Assembly: GCA_025786725.1 (NCBI GenBank)
Contig: JAHLTZ010000008.1
Span: 744,001-808,000 of the forward strand
Length of the DNA stretch: 64,000 nucleotides
Source of the DNA: Syncephalis fuscata S228
Lineage: Eukaryota > Fungi > Zoopagomycota
Reading direction: 5' to 3'
The stretch's first letter is position 1. The number at the start of each line of letters is the position of its first letter. The translations under genes were made by a program, and so were the position numbers. Positions 1 to 16,349 of this stretch are shown one piece after another. The notes beneath the pieces are model-generated. The model had not been told where the DNA came from. It saw nothing but the letters and a program-made list of their open reading frames with translations, and searched no databases.

Positions 1-69
1 TATAATATTATAAATAAATAAGTAATAATACAATAATAATGATATCAATAATTGCTATTGCTTATTTAC

Positions 70-1770
70 CTGAGGATTAGGACGCTCAACATGTTTAATA
101 CGCATGCATTGCGTAATAATACCCATCTGCGTCTCTGCCACTTTTTTAATTCTACCATAGAAATCAGTAGTATTTTGAAAGAGGGCAAAAATAACCTGTG
201 GTGGTGCCTTATATTTTGACTTGGCCTTTACAAATGCTTGTTGGAGTATGTGGCCGGGATCTCCTTGTGCATTGCCGTAGATAATAGGCGGGTCTTTTGC
301 AACTACATTCATACCTTTCTGGGTGAACTGAGCTCCCATAAATCCAAAGTAATCTTGTATTTGACGAAGCGGGTAATATTTCTCTGGCACGAATGCAATC
401 ACAGCCCACGAACCAATAGTCACTGGTACGAGTAAGCGTTTACCTTGCAATGACCACTGACCATCATTTGGTGTGACCACGGCATCTCGACCAGTGGCTG
501 GATTGTATGCAATACGTGGTGCTTCTAATTGCCGGCTACGAATCGTGACCATTTTAGGATCGACACGTAGGCCAAAACGCTTCAATGTACTGTCGTTGGC
601 AAAATCCACAATACGATGGCAGTCATTAATCTTATTACGACGTGCATGTGGTTTATCAGCTGCGTATTTTATCATGTCAGCCAACTGCTTCTCATCCAAT
701 TGGCCCCTAACGCGCTGATTGGGTTCAATCACACAAACTTCCATTGGGAATGTTGTTCCTTTGCTTGTAACACTATGAAATAATAAACTGTATTGGCATC
801 AACTATTTAACAATGGCTATATATCTTACATGCATGGCAACTGTGGAAACCTCAATCGATAGTTGTATCGTGTTTGGAAGTAACTTGCTACATTGGTCTT
901 TTCTTTAGTATCGCCAATTGAGAATACCGTGTCCTTTGCTGATTTTCGCGTCAGACTATGGATTCCATAACGTGGCTTAAATCCTTGTCGATGGGTTACA
1001 TGAACCTTTATGTTTTTGAGATGCCGTTCTAAGCCTTTGATTGAGTTATTGTTTAGTCTGCTTGCTATTCTTTCAGGTCCATTGACATAAAGTGCATCGG
1101 CAACAAATTGAATCAGCGGTCCTTGGCGGTAAAAAGCACTAGTTGTCGTATTGATGTTTAACATGAGACCGGTTTCACCTGGCCGCACTGTCATGTAATA
1201 GCCGCGCCACGCTTCTACACCACCTGGTAAAGGTGATGAATCCTCACCCGTATAAAGTGACCGACCAATTGATAGAAACCGACTTGCAGCCATATGGCGG
1301 AATATAACCTCCAAGGCCATAGTGGGTAACAGAAGTGCTTGTGGATCACGTACTTTGCCCGAATAATACGCGTTGATCAATGACATGTTGGCGACGGCCA
1401 CTTTACGAAGCATTACTTTAAAAATACGTGGTTTTCTTTTACCGCTATTATTGCCATCCGATTCGGGTAATAAAACGTCGACGCTTAACGCATCGCCCGC
1501 TGCCATTGGATGTAGTGAAAACGCACTGGCCGCACCATCATACGCCAAGTACGCCTTGCCTAGCTTGTCACGGTGCACTACGTGTAACTGCTCGATAACC
1601 TGTCTTTTTACATCTTTATCTTTACACTCTTTATTGTTGATACTGATCTTGACGTCCAAATGAATAAGATTGCCTGAAGGTATGTTACTCAATTTAAAGT
1701 GATTGGCAACTACATTTCCTGGTTTGCCTATTTTAGCATAGCCAGGACGGCTTAGGAGTTGTACAGACAT
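70..1770 (-). CDS. ago: Argonaute protein (N, L1, PAZ, L2 and MID regions; PIWI lies beyond the window start)
   Basis: Exon 1770-830, GT-AG intron 829-773, exon 772-70, next donor at 69. Spliced junction reads FPQLPCIVTSKGTTFPMEVC (PAZ end). Also RPGYAKIGK..VVANHF, GVEAWRGYYMTVRP, LMLNINTTTSAFY (L1), GQWSLQGK, YGRIKK...GIITQC (MID). Confidence 0.96.
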
Positions 1771-2130
1771 GTTAACTAACGAAAATAAGTCAATATGAAA
1801 GTAAACACTAAGGAATGTGCACTGAATATAACTTCAATAAGAAAAGTAGCGTAGTGACTGTTAGTTAGATTGTGTGCGTGCGTGCTTGCATAAGGAGGAG
1901 GAGCAGAAGAAAGAGAAAGAGAAAACTTGATTGTATTTATATTACATTGTCGCGTTACATCATAGCAATAGCATCATTGCGTAAACCAATGAACATTGAC
2001 ATGTTAAACATCAAACGACGTTCTTTGTGCATCAATGTCAATAAACTAAAAATATCCCCAATAATCATTGTATTTTGCTTTATTTATGCAGCGTCTTCTA
2101 CAGACTGCACAATGGCACAATCAAAGGACA

Positions 2131-2640
2131 CTAGGCGCGTGGTGTAATCTCTCGTAGATTTGCGGTGATTTCCTTAACGTTACGTTCCAAATAGGCTCGC
2201 TTCTTTTCAAGCACTTTAGCTTGTTCTCCCGACTCTTTGCCCCGAGTCGATACTTCTTTCTTCATGGTTGGCAGATCGCTTAGCATGAACCTAATAAACA
2301 CCATTGATATTAGCTGGCAAATAGACGGTTCACCCCTTTGTAGCCTACATTTTGCCTATGCTTTTGTAGACGCGTACGTCATCAGTTAGTGTATCCAGTT
2401 CCCGGCTGACTACTGCAGAGGTGCGCTGTTCACGCTCGCATTTTTGTACCTGGGCTGTTACTTTGGACAGTTCACGCTGGTCATCTTGTAGCTTTATCTG
2501 CATCTGCTGCATAGCTACCAGCACCTAAACAAGCGAGTAATCAGTAAAAAGCAGTATGATTTAGAGATTGCAGTGTCTCTAGGTGAATCGCGCCTAGTGA
2601 AAAGGCTTACCTTGTGAAGTGCTGCATCTGGAAGAGACAT
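2131..2640 (-). CDS. PFDN1: Prefoldin subunit 1 (beta-type)
   Basis: Three exons (2640-2611, 2524-2349, 2290-2131) give MSLPDAALHKVLVAMQQMQIK...ELDTLTDDVRVYKSIGKMFMLSD...LEKKRAYLERNVKEITANLREI. VYKSIGKMF hairpin between two coiled coils. Not in the ORF track. Confidence 0.88.
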
Positions 2641-3520
2641 ACTGATGAATTTAAAGAGTGTAAATTGTAAATGAACAAGGTGAAATAGCAATAATAAAAT
2701 CAACTACACTTTGTTGTACTGGCTATCATCATCGAAAGAGACATGATTCAATGTAGATTGTGTGCTTATTTGATATCCGTTGACTCTATCTGTCCATTTA
2801 TACTGGAAATGCAGTTGTAAGCTAATAAAGAGATATAAATACAGCTGAATAGACAATAAAGTGCGTGAATGTTGAAATAAAGTATGGTATATTGTATATT
2901 AAATGAACCAAATAGAAATTTCAAAGAACATAGCCAACAATAAAATATAATTTTTAATAAAACATAACTAGTTAGTAGAATATAGAATAGCGTAGAACAG
3001 AAAGAATAGACAAATGATTTATATGAATATTAATGTTGAAGCTATAATGTGATTAATAAATGTTATTTAACTTATAAATACACAACAGGGTTCATAAACT
3101 TAAAATAAATTAGACTTTAAATAACACACACATGTGGTGTAATAGCAACAATGTAAATACACAAAGCAATAAACTAAATAAACTACTTATTTATTGTTAA
3201 AGTGTATAATATGGCTGTAGCTGTATCGAGTGTAACTAATTGTAATATGTTCATATGTTAACACAAATCAGGTGACAATGATAATATGTACACAACAAGT
3301 AAATGGTTATCAAACTACTATATAGCAACAATTACTGGTCAATGCAATGAATCTATGGCACATGAGACTTATAACATATAAACAGTACCGTCATTCATTA
3401 AAATATAAGTAAAGCCGTACGGACATCCAAGTGTGAATATTGCGGGATTATTCAACTATTTTTATTTTAGTTTTTAATTCTACACTTCTTGTATTAAATG
3501 CACTCAATGAATCCATCAGC

Positions 3521-6344
3521 ATGTATCGACCAACAACTCTTCATCGTAATCTATTCCAAATCCATATTGTTGCACGATATTCGGAAACTGTGTCTTTAAG
3601 ATTAAGACAGCCAAGCACTCCAAGACAGCGTTGTCGCTATTTATCGGCAGTGTCGGCCACGCAATTAGAACAAAGTGCCCGCAGGTCAGTCAAAAGTATT
3701 AATCGTAAGTATGTTATGCCGAGTATTGAGAAGCTATAGCCTTAAACTTACGTACCTTTAGCTAAGACGCAGAACCTGGCCACGAATTTTAAGCAGAAGA
3801 AAGTTGGTGGAGCAGTAACAAGCATACCAGAGTGGCGACTACCACTGAGCGCTAAACAAAAAATCTAATTAAACAGCTTGAAGAAGCGATACGACACGAC
3901 AATATAACAACAACATGGATGATAGTCCAAATACTGATTAAGGACCGCGTACTTATTCGTATGAAGCCAGATACGCTGGGTGATGTTTTTTGGCACTTAC
4001 GCAAGCACAATTCACCTGTGCTTGAAGATTTTCTCGATCAGATAAAAGAACAGAATTCTCGGTTTCCAACTGCACAACACTACGCTGAGTGGATTCGTTT
4101 CTATAACGAGCTTGGCCGTCCTTTAAAAGCTATTCAAATTTATTTTCAATACCTGCCAGTGACTTTATTTAAAAATGGTAATTTTTTGTAAAGGCCGTGT
4201 TAGATATAATACTCGACAATAAGGCAATGAAAGATAAAAGTAACACAGCTATAACTTTAAACAAAAACTTAGTACATACGCTACTCAAGGATATGCTACG
4301 ATTTCCTAAAGGAACATTTGACAACGAGATCAACGGGCTTTTACGGAAAATAGCCACGAATCGAGTATTATGTGACATTTTACTTATGTATCAATCTACC
4401 CTTGATGCCGGTTATACATTTCCCATAGAGACACAGGAATTAGTATTCAATAACACATTTGTTGATAATGAAAGCGATGCAGAAACGCTACTAACACTTT
4501 ACATGAACATTCGGGCAGCCGGAATAATACCAAACGCAAATGCAGTTTCGCTTATGGTTCATGTAATACTTCTTCGTGAAGATTCGAATGTTGTTAGCAC
4601 TCTCAGCTTAAACGAACGACTGGAATGTGTTTTGGAGATCTTTCACGACTCTATAGCGTGTAATAATCCACTTCGGCCGTTTGCCTTGCGACTGCTATTA
4701 ACAAAGTTGAAATTTGCAGGAAGACTAGCAGATGTGGATCGTATTTACAACATTGCAGTTGATTTAAACGAACATAGTTTAGAATTGGATGGTGGATATA
4801 TTAGTACGTTGGCACAACAAGGGAAGCTTGATGAGGCGTTTAGTCTTTGGAAAAAAATGATCAGCAATACATTCCATCTTCAACCCGATGGCAGCTATGC
4901 TGGTCCGCAAGGAGAAAGGCTGTTTGATATTAAGATGGAGTCCATCTCTGAAGATTACTATAAAATACAAAACTATATGTTGGCTAGGCTGAACGATGAA
5001 TCCAATGATCCGATGCCTACGCCTGCCGATATATTAAAGATAAATACCGATAACGATATCAAGTTACATTACGAATCCACTACAGTTAGAACACCCGATA
5101 CTGCCAGCACTGCATCTGATACTGACTGCAACACTGTTTGTGTTAAATCTAACTCTATTGATATTTATCCAATGACCACAGCAACCGAAGATCTTATTGT
5201 GGCATACCGACAAAAGAAAACTATAAAAAATGTATATATTATCTATGGAATGCTGCATAAGCTGAAATGTGTCAATCACAGGATTATTCCCGGATATATT
5301 CGGATGCTTTTTGAAAGACAAGATTACCAAGCTTGCCTAGAGACAATGAATGACATAATCAAGTTTAAAATACCGTTTAATATACTCACCACTCTAAACT
5401 ATTGCAAGGTCTATATCGTACTGAATGATTTAAAAAAAGCAGAGCGGATACTGGATATGTATATGGCAACTCGCTGCTACACTGCACACTTGGAAAGAAA
5501 TACCGATCTGTATAAGGCCGAACCTATGTATTTAATACTTGCTTATGAATACACCATGGCAGGCCAACTAGAAGATGCAAAGCGTATGTTTTCAAAATGC
5601 GACATCAATGAATTGCGCACGAAAGAAATGACAGCCGGACTACTTATTATGACGTACATTGAACAAAACTCTGTAGAAAAGTTAAAATCATTGCTAAAGT
5701 TTATTGACGAGCATCAAATTGTACTGCATGACAATCACTACACTATGATACTTGCTTTCTTTGGCAAATCCGCACAAATTGACCAAGTATTATATTGGTA
5801 CACGCGTGTCTGTGCTATTGGTTTGGAAAAAGATATCTTCATCATCACCTGCCTAATCCAGGCTTACTCATACTGTAACCGATGCGATATGGCCATTGAG
5901 TTTTATCGAACAGCGCGCAGGAAGTATGGCTACTATGTTAATAACACCATTCTTTCGGTACTATGTGATGTTTCTGGATACCACAAATCTATAGCCGATC
6001 TTGAACAAATATGGCAAGATGGCATTACCGATAAAGTCAAGCCCAACGAGAATAACTATGCCGCTTTTGCGGAAGCTTATTGGAGAATAGGCTTTACTGA
6101 AAAGGCCGTCAATGTATTACTAAAAGAAATGCCACGCGCCGGATTCGCCCCCAACTATATCATGCTACTAACGTTGATTAAAGTAACAAAAAGGAATGGC
6201 CCATCTCAAATGTATCACCGATTACTACAAGCCATGAAGAAGTGGTATCATAACAAACACCAAATTATGAACATTAACGAATGGGTTGACGAAGAAAGTA
6301 GACAAAAAGAATATATTGAAGATATTAAAAAATATGCAATGTAA
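3521..6344 (+). CDS. Pentatricopeptide repeat (PPR) protein, probably mitochondrial; 5' part interrupted by apparent frameshifts
   Basis: PPR-like motifs GYISTLAQQGKLDEAFSLWKKM, HYTMILAFFGKSAQIDQVLYWY, ITCLIQAYSYCNRCDMAIEFY, NYAAFAEAYWRIGFTEKAVNVLLKEMPRAGFAPN. Arg/Ser-rich N-terminus from ATG 3521 resembles a mitochondrial presequence. Frame breaks near 3739, 3870 and 4190. Confidence 0.8.
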
Positions 6345-7836
6345 ACATAAAGTTTTACTCTAATTAAATAAATAAATATAGTTATTACATTAAAACTCCG
6401 CTTGTTAATTAATATTAACTTTTTGGGAATATACAACTATTAGATTAAATCGCTCATTTATTAACATCTGAATGGCCCTTTTGTAAGTTATTACTCGTTA
6501 TCCTTATCTATGCATTTTATCATGCAATCATATAGCTTCTTTGAGTACCAACAACCAAATACAGACTTTACTACTAGCAAAGTCCCATGTACAGCAAGCA
6601 TCGCCCTGTACCTGCGGAGAAATATCTGCCGTATTTGGTGTAACAAGGTGTTATTAGACTTGACCCCAAAAGCTGCATTAACATTGGCCTTTTTAACTGT
6701 GCTCTGTTAAGGCTGCACACATAGTTGTAACAGATAGACTAGACTAGACTACACACACACACACACACGCACAGAGAGTAATGCTACCAAAATGCAGCTT
6801 GCATATGCCCATTCAAATGATACAGCCAATAATGTCGATCATAGATAGTAGACAACTGCAGTTCGTCAGCTGGTCCATTTAGCCAAGTTCATATACCGGT
6901 AGTGATGAACAGCAATGACGATAATTTGCGAAGGCCAAAATTTAAAATATCAGTAAACGATGTTTTATTATTTGTCGTATACATTCATGATGGCAAATAC
7001 TAAGAATGGCATTGCCACACACACACATACACACATACACTTGTTAGACATAATTATCATGGTGTAAAAGTCTACCCATTTGCCACACTATCTATCGACA
7101 TAAACGATAGCGGATAATGGACTCAAACCGGATTATTTTCCTCCAAAGTCTATACACTGTGTTGCTAGTTGTACATTTTCTTTTTTTGGCTCAATTAACC
7201 ACCATCACGATGACCAAATCGCCACCACCACAGTAATTACCACAACACAAGTAATAGTCGTTCGTAACAATGATACTGTTCACACCCTGTCGCCATTATA
7301 CATTTCACCTTTGCGGCCACCATCAATCCATTTCTCTTCTTCCTTCTTCTTCTTGCTTTCTACTCTGGCCTACCTAGGCTATTGTTAATTCTATTTCATT
7401 TTCGTTTGTTATCGTTGGCTTGGTCCAACAACTACTTACAACACAAAAACTCCAGTTACGGTTATTATTGTTGTTGTCGTTGTTGGGTAGTTGTTCACAA
7501 AAATTTGCACTTTTCACTCCATTGCAAGCACAAAAGGACACACGCGGGCGTCATTGCCACCTTGCTTTCCTCAACTTCGCATCTTACTTCATTAGTCACC
7601 GTAATCTTTATTCTATTTCTCTTGTTTTAGTGTCTATTATTCTTATTGCACTTGTGCCTTTTTTAAACATAGCGTAGGCGGAATATTTCTTTTGATTTTC
7701 ATACTCCGCTCAGTCTGGTTTTATTCTTGTTTTTGTACAGTGACGGCAACAGTTGCAGTGCTTACACTTCAGCTGCGGCCCGTCTGGCATTAAAGATATC
7801 TAATTACCTATCTGGTTATACCTTCTGTCCTTGAGC

Positions 7837-10800
7837 ATGCTGGGCGTCCAATGGCCTATTATATCGTCGGTACCAAGTGTTGTTGACGATAACTGCTCGG
7901 ATATCAATTATAAACATCCAGCCTATGGCAAAGATGTCTTGTCAGAGGAAGGTGCCCAAACAGTTATTCATGAAGTGGCTATTCCCGCGGGCATCTATCC
8001 ATCTGAGGCATTAAATACGCCTAAAGACAGCCAAATGCCACTTCAACTGGCCAGTGACCATGATATTGGCCATGTCTTTACGGCCACTCATGCCACTACT
8101 GATTTTGCCCATGAAGTTCATACGGGCCTATTGGCCGTGCCCGTCACCGATCATGACAGCGAAGATCGTGATAGTGGCGTGGAGAGTGGCGTCGATAGCT
8201 CTGACTTTCCTACTATTTGTGCTAAAATGCATGCTTCACCGGCGGCTTATCTATCGGCAAAACTATGCGAAAAGCCATTTTTGGACAGCCGATCTACATT
8301 GGCCGATCTACTTACGGCATCTTTAGCCTCAGCTAGAGCATCAAATAGCAACAACAACAACAACAATAGTTCATCCGCAACCATACCGGCTGTTATGCGT
8401 CGATGGAATGAAACTGTTTTTAATGGCTCTACGCCCAATACAACTACCGCATTGGCTGCACCCAGTGAATCAACACCTTATAGCATGGATCCAACCATCA
8501 ATGAAAGCCATCCAGCAGCCGGTAATATCGTCTATCCAGGCCGTCGTCGTCGTAGTGTCGTGCTAGAACACTTGGAATTACTGGCCCGTGAACGTATGTT
8601 TAATAACAGCAGCAATAACAATAGCAGCAACAGTAACAATGATATGGATATGATGTCAATGAGAACTGGTCGTCGTATGTCGCTGACTCAAGATGCGGTA
8701 TCCTTTCTACCATCGACCATGATGGATCTACCAGCCTCATTCAATACTAGACGGCGACTATCTTTACCTGCTACATCATTCCATACTGGCCCTGAGCCAT
8801 TAACCCCACCTACAGCACCTTGGTCTATGCTAGAAGAGTCTGAACGGCTACAAGCTGTCCCAGAAGCACATATCAGTCCCAAACCTTTACCGATGACCAA
8901 TGAGTTGCCACCGGCAGTTATACCAGCTGCCACTTACCTTGAAAGCAATGCAGATAGATCTGCAGATATGACTAGTACTACAGTTGCATCCAATAGCGAT
9001 CATAGTAATACTAGTCATAACACTCAACAGTCACTGTCCACTCGTGTTACTTGGCAATTACCGTGTGGCAAGTCATCAATGAAGAATACCGCACCACGTA
9101 AACCATCCAAGTTGCGGCACTGTATTACTGCCGATGATCTTATTCAATTGGCCAAGGAAACAGAATCTGAACAAGAAAGTGATAGTCAAACTAGTACTTC
9201 ATTGCCTAGTCTACGTACATTAGGCACTAGTAGAAATGGATCCAATTTGATTAGTAATAGTCATTCATCAAAACATCGTCGCCGTTATCATAAAGCTCGT
9301 CCAGGCCATATGGAATGGCATCCAGATACACTGCCCGAATGCAGTGAATTAGAAGAAGCAGAGTTGGATAGTATTCATTGGTCTAATAACAACAATGGCA
9401 ATAGCAATAGCAACAGTCAACAGACGACGAGTCATGGCATGATCGACACTTCATCCACTACTGAAGTAAGTGATCGTACTCGCCGTAACCGTAATCGTCG
9501 TAACCGTCGTCGACGGGCCACCATTCCCCCTCGTCGTCGCACTTGTCTACGTGACCAGTTACGTGATTGCCAAGATGTCAGTTCTGTACTTGAATCGACC
9601 GATATATCCTTTGGATTATTAGAATGGCAAGGCTTACCGCCACCTATGGCCACCAAGTCCAGTAGTATGAACTTACCCGTGAATAAAACCGAACAAGAAG
9701 TGTTGGCAACCTCTACACCATTAACACCACCATGGCTACGCCATTTAGATGAGCAAGTGCCATTAACCGCATTATCATCGCCGCCTACGCCATCATGGAG
9801 TGAAGGTGAAGAAAAGAGCATTGTAGTAGCCGTAAAGGCCGAAGAAGAAGAACACCATACGAACTATACCAATATAGTCATCAATAGTTCTAATCGTATT
9901 GATGATTATAATGATAATTGTAGTAATATTAGTAATGATGGTAGTCATGATAGTCAACCAGGTTCAGATGAAGGTGACTGGAGTACATCGACGAATAGTA
10001 GTGTCGACTCACAAGAAAGTGCCCGTTCATCCAATAGTGGTGGTAGTCAACGTAGTCGACTCAGTACATTTAGTTGGACTAGTTGGCGATTTAATCATGG
10101 TGAATCTGTACCTGAAGAGATGGAACAACAACAACAACAACAACAACAAGCAGCACCACCTGCACATTATCATAATCCAAGATATAATGTACATGCTAGA
10201 CATAGTCATGGTTTAGCCGATTTGTTACCATTGTCATCATCATCTCAAGCACCTTCAGTGACATCATCAACATCACCACCACCATCTCTATTATCGGCTG
10301 GATCGAACACGCTACGTAAACGTCCATCACTAGCCCGTATGGCCTCATCTGTACTTGGTATGGGTAAACAGTTAGTCAGTGTCTTTGGTGGATCTCGTCA
10401 AACGTCGTCACCGTCATCACCGGCCATGACCACTGCCCCACCACCTGCCCGTTCAGCCATTTCATCACTCACTTTACCGGTCAGTGCTATGAATCGACAT
10501 CAACCATATCGAGGTGATATTGTTCACTCTATGGGTCCATTCTATCCACAAAGTCATCATCATTATCGTCATCGTCGGCATCATCTCAATGGCATCGTTT
10601 ATCTTCTGGTGATAAAATGATTCGTATTGATACATTAGATCATCAAGCGACGCACGATACATTGGCTGATCTAGCTACACTGCCCTCTATTAGTACAACT
10701 GTCCCTACAACTAATACTTCTAATACAAATACGATTACTAATAACAATAATTCGATTGATTTCTCCTCTTCTATGACCACTCACGCTCGTTCTTCTCTAC

Positions 10801-10871
10801 CACATCGTCGAGGTGATGCTCAGATTCTTTTATCATCTGATGCTCGTCTACCCTCTACACTTTGTCGTTAA
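7837..10871 (+). CDS. Large intrinsically disordered Ser/Asn/Pro-rich protein of unknown function
   Basis: Intronless ~930-codon ORF with polyN/polyQ tracts, probably continuing through a frameshift near 10600 into 10617-10871. No recognisable domain. Confidence 0.7.
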
Positions 10872-11249
10872 GCAATTCACCAATTCATTAGTTATTCATT
10901 TACTTGCTACTTTACTTTTACTATGTCATGTCTCATAACTACACCACTGTTTCTATGAGGATGTCTACACGTTTTTGATGTTTCTTTTCCTTGGCCTTTT
11001 TGCCATGTCTGATGAATCTTACTTGTTTTTTGTGTTGTCATGTATTTCATCTTTATTTTCGTCTTTTTTGAACTTACAATTCTCGATGTACATATGCGAC
11101 CGACAAGACGAACTATATTCACCAATATTACTTTTTATTAGTACCATTATAACTACAACTATTGCAGCTATTATATTACTATGATTACTACTATTACTAC
11201 TCTACTACTACCGCTATGATTGTTACCCTATTGCTATTACTATTATGTT

Positions 11250-11250
<1 letters not shown>

Positions 11251-11290
<40 letters not shown>

Positions 11291-11345
11291 ATGGTGGTAG
11301 TCATTGTAACAACAACAGCAACAGCAACAACAATAACAACAACAC
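11251..11345. repeat. (ACT)n followed by imperfect (AAC/AGC)n microsatellite
   Basis: actactacta... for ~40 nt, then aacaacagcaacagcaacaac. Explains the poly-T/poly-L spurious ORFs here. Confidence 0.9.
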
Positions 11346-11563
11346 TAGCAACTCCATTATCATTATTATTAAGATGATAATGACACTTGTTTCTTCTTAC
11401 TACTTATATGAGCGTTATGTTTGTGCGCTTCTTTTTTATTGCGCTATTATGTCGCCATTTATTATGTTAGTGTATTTTGTATAGGTTAACGACACCATAC
11501 ATTATGATAATGTATTTTTTTTAATTCACATGTGTAATTGTCATGACAAATAATGGTTTAAAT

Positions 11564-14062
11564 CTATCGTGTACGAGATCGCTTATTCTTTACCGCGTAG
11601 AATTGATCCAGCGCAGTTGGTTCTTTATCGGCCTGATCTATATTCTGTTGGCGGTTGGCCCGCTCTTCCTTTTCACGACGTAATCGTTCCTCAATATCAA
11701 GCTATATATTATTAATCGTGTTATTATTAATCGTGTTATTATTAATACTGTATTATTAATGTTACTAATACTGTAACTTACACGTCGTTCATCAACGATA
11801 TTCTTCTTTGTACGGCGCATTTGACGTCTTGTGGCTGAATTACGGCCACGTTTGCGATTCTTTACATCCTTTTTATCTTGGTGAGCAGCAAGCTATAATA
11901 GTATATGTACATATATATATATTGTTTTTAGCTATCGTGATTATTAGGTATTAACTATTGTACTTACCAATGATTCAAATCGTTCTTGATCAACCAATGC
12001 TTGCGGTTTCTTGTCTACTCGACCGATAAAGTTGGGCTCTAACATGATAAGATCTGGTTGAATCTATAGATTGTTTAACAGTGAGTGAATAGTTTATACA
12101 CTAGACTATTAATAAACTTACCTTCTCCAATAGACTATGCACTTCTGTTTCTCGTCGTTGTTTTGCGGTCTGGTATGGATTGGCGGTTAAACTATCAAAG
12201 TTGGGTTCGCCTGATCCTGGTACTACTAGACTGGAAATACCATCGGTACTGCCATAACCAAGTACATCATCATAAGGACAGAATTGGATTGCATTAATGA
12301 TTTGACGAGGTGCCTGGTGATTCATATAGGGCGAGGCTTGTTTTGTTTGGAAAGCATCCTTCCATACCTATAGATGTATATATATATATATATGTGTGTG
12401 TATATATGTATAAATAAGTGATATCAATCTACTATTAAATATACATACCGTTACTGTATTGCCATATCCTACTGCTAATAGACCCATTTGGCTAATATCA
12501 AGTGAGTGGGCGGGTTTAGGCGTGTAATAGTCATGAACTGCTTCAAATTTACGAATATCCCATATCTTTAGTTGACCATCTAATCCTGTGGTGGCCATAT
12601 AACTACATTACATGGTTATTACGTGTGTATTTGATATATTATTATGATTTACTTACTGTCCTGAAGACTGGACAGCTATTGCCGTTACTGGTCCTTTATG
12701 GCATTGCATCTTTACCAGGGAGAGGTAGTGTTAGGACTCCATAGTGTTACAGCACCTATATTTAAATTAGAAAGATATTAATGTATACTTACAACTAACG
12801 CTTACCTTGAGCATGTCCCAAATGGATTACGGCATTGTATGGATTCTGGGCCATGACATTACATTGGCCTAATCCAGTATTAATTTCGGCAACCATTTGA
12901 CCAGTAGATGTGTCGTGGTATTTAAGATAGCCAGATTCATTCTACATATCAACAGCAGGTATATTAATAAATAGACAACATTAATTAAATAATAAATGAC
13001 TTACAACGCTTGTAAGTAAAAAGTGATAAGGAAGGAAATCTAACTTGTGAACATTGCCATGTTTCTTTAAACAATGAATTTCTAAGCCTGTATGATCATA
13101 AATATAAACGTGTTTCTTTTGAGCCACAGCAAACATCGTCTCATTATGAAGCCAGCTATGATAGATACGGTTAATAAAGATTTAAAGTAATACAATTGAC
13201 TTACCATACGTCTCGAACAGTTTCACGTAATTGAAGTTCACAGTTTAATTTACCTGCACGCCAGTCAAATGCAGCAACATGACCACGACGACCACCAATC
13301 AATAAATGACTATTATTCAATATTAAAATGAGTATATATAAATATATCTATCTATCTATCTATATGTAACAATACTTACCGTCCATTACGTGCGTAATCC
13401 AAAGTATATGGTCCAGTTGTATCAAATTTCAAATTAAATATCTAAATAATTGGTATCATTTATGTATTTAGCATTGTTAAATAGTGTCAAATATTATATT
13501 ACCTTATTCTGATTAGCCATATCTAAATGTTGGCCAATTTGATCTTGTGTAAATTTAAATGTTTTCTCCATGCCTTCAGCTTCCAAATAACTATTTATAT
13601 TTTATTAATATACCAAATACCATATAATAAATACTATAATTATAGTAACACTTACCCAACTTCCTCTGTAAGAAGCATTTCCGCTCGTGCTGCTGTCTCG
13701 GCTGCCTCCCGTGCAAATTTATCCATCTTGTTCATAGCACTGCGTAGTCGACCACCTTTTACTGGCTAATACATCAATATTCATTATATCAATTAATTAT
13801 TATTATTAATGACTATATCACTTTTATTTACCTTATTACCGGATTTTACTTGGTTAATACGCTCATATTTGGTTATACGTTCTTGTAATTCCGGGTTCAA
13901 TATCGACGGTTCTGCTGTACCAGTAGTAGACGCTTTCATACCACCACGCTTCTTCATACGATGCTTTTGTTTTGCACCCGTAGATGCACCCGCCTCTCCA
14001 GCCCGTGGTTTCAGTTTATTCACGGCATTCTGCATACCTGATGTACCCTTTTCTGCTGCCAT
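11564..14062 (-). CDS. UTP7: U3 snoRNA-associated protein 7 / WDR46 (WD40 plus BING4 C-terminal domain)
   Basis: Multi-exon. Fragments [110 protein letters not shown]. Confidence 0.93.
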
Positions 14063-14445
14063 CTTTACTTAATAAAAGCTAATAAAAAAGTAATAAATAA
14101 TAAAAAAAAGAAAAAAATCCCTTACTCATTAAATGTACAGTTTATAGATTTATCAGTTTTACATTAAGCGTGTGTTTATCAAGGTGAATGTGTGACTTGT
14201 TCTTCACTTCTATAGTCATACCACACACACACACACATATATATATATTATCTACGTGCCATATCCATCCTTGTTGATGACTGTGATAACTAACCATGAC
14301 TGTAACAGCAATAACAACACAGTAACAGCGCTACTTTCCTTTCATCTTTACATTGTTTAACTTTATTGACACACTCCTCCTTTATCCTACACCTGTTATT
14401 ACACAGTACCGCCATCGTCATCTCTAACTCAGACTACTGTCAGCC

Positions 14446-16349
<1,904 letters not shown>

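Noticed and set aside
70-6344. Argonaute, prefoldin and PPR neighbourhood as a functional defence operon
   Set aside because: Eukaryotic, intron-containing genes with unrelated housekeeping roles. No evidence of functional clustering, and no link to the Fanzor relics beyond sharing the window.
8054-10216. Alternative-frame and antisense ORFs inside long genes (also within 19644-21014, 40114-41139 and 58826-61108)
   Set aside because: Shadow ORFs expected from the codon composition of the real gene.
10907-11484. Short ORFs with poly-T/L/N runs
   Set aside because: Products of trinucleotide microsatellites in 3' UTR/intergenic DNA.
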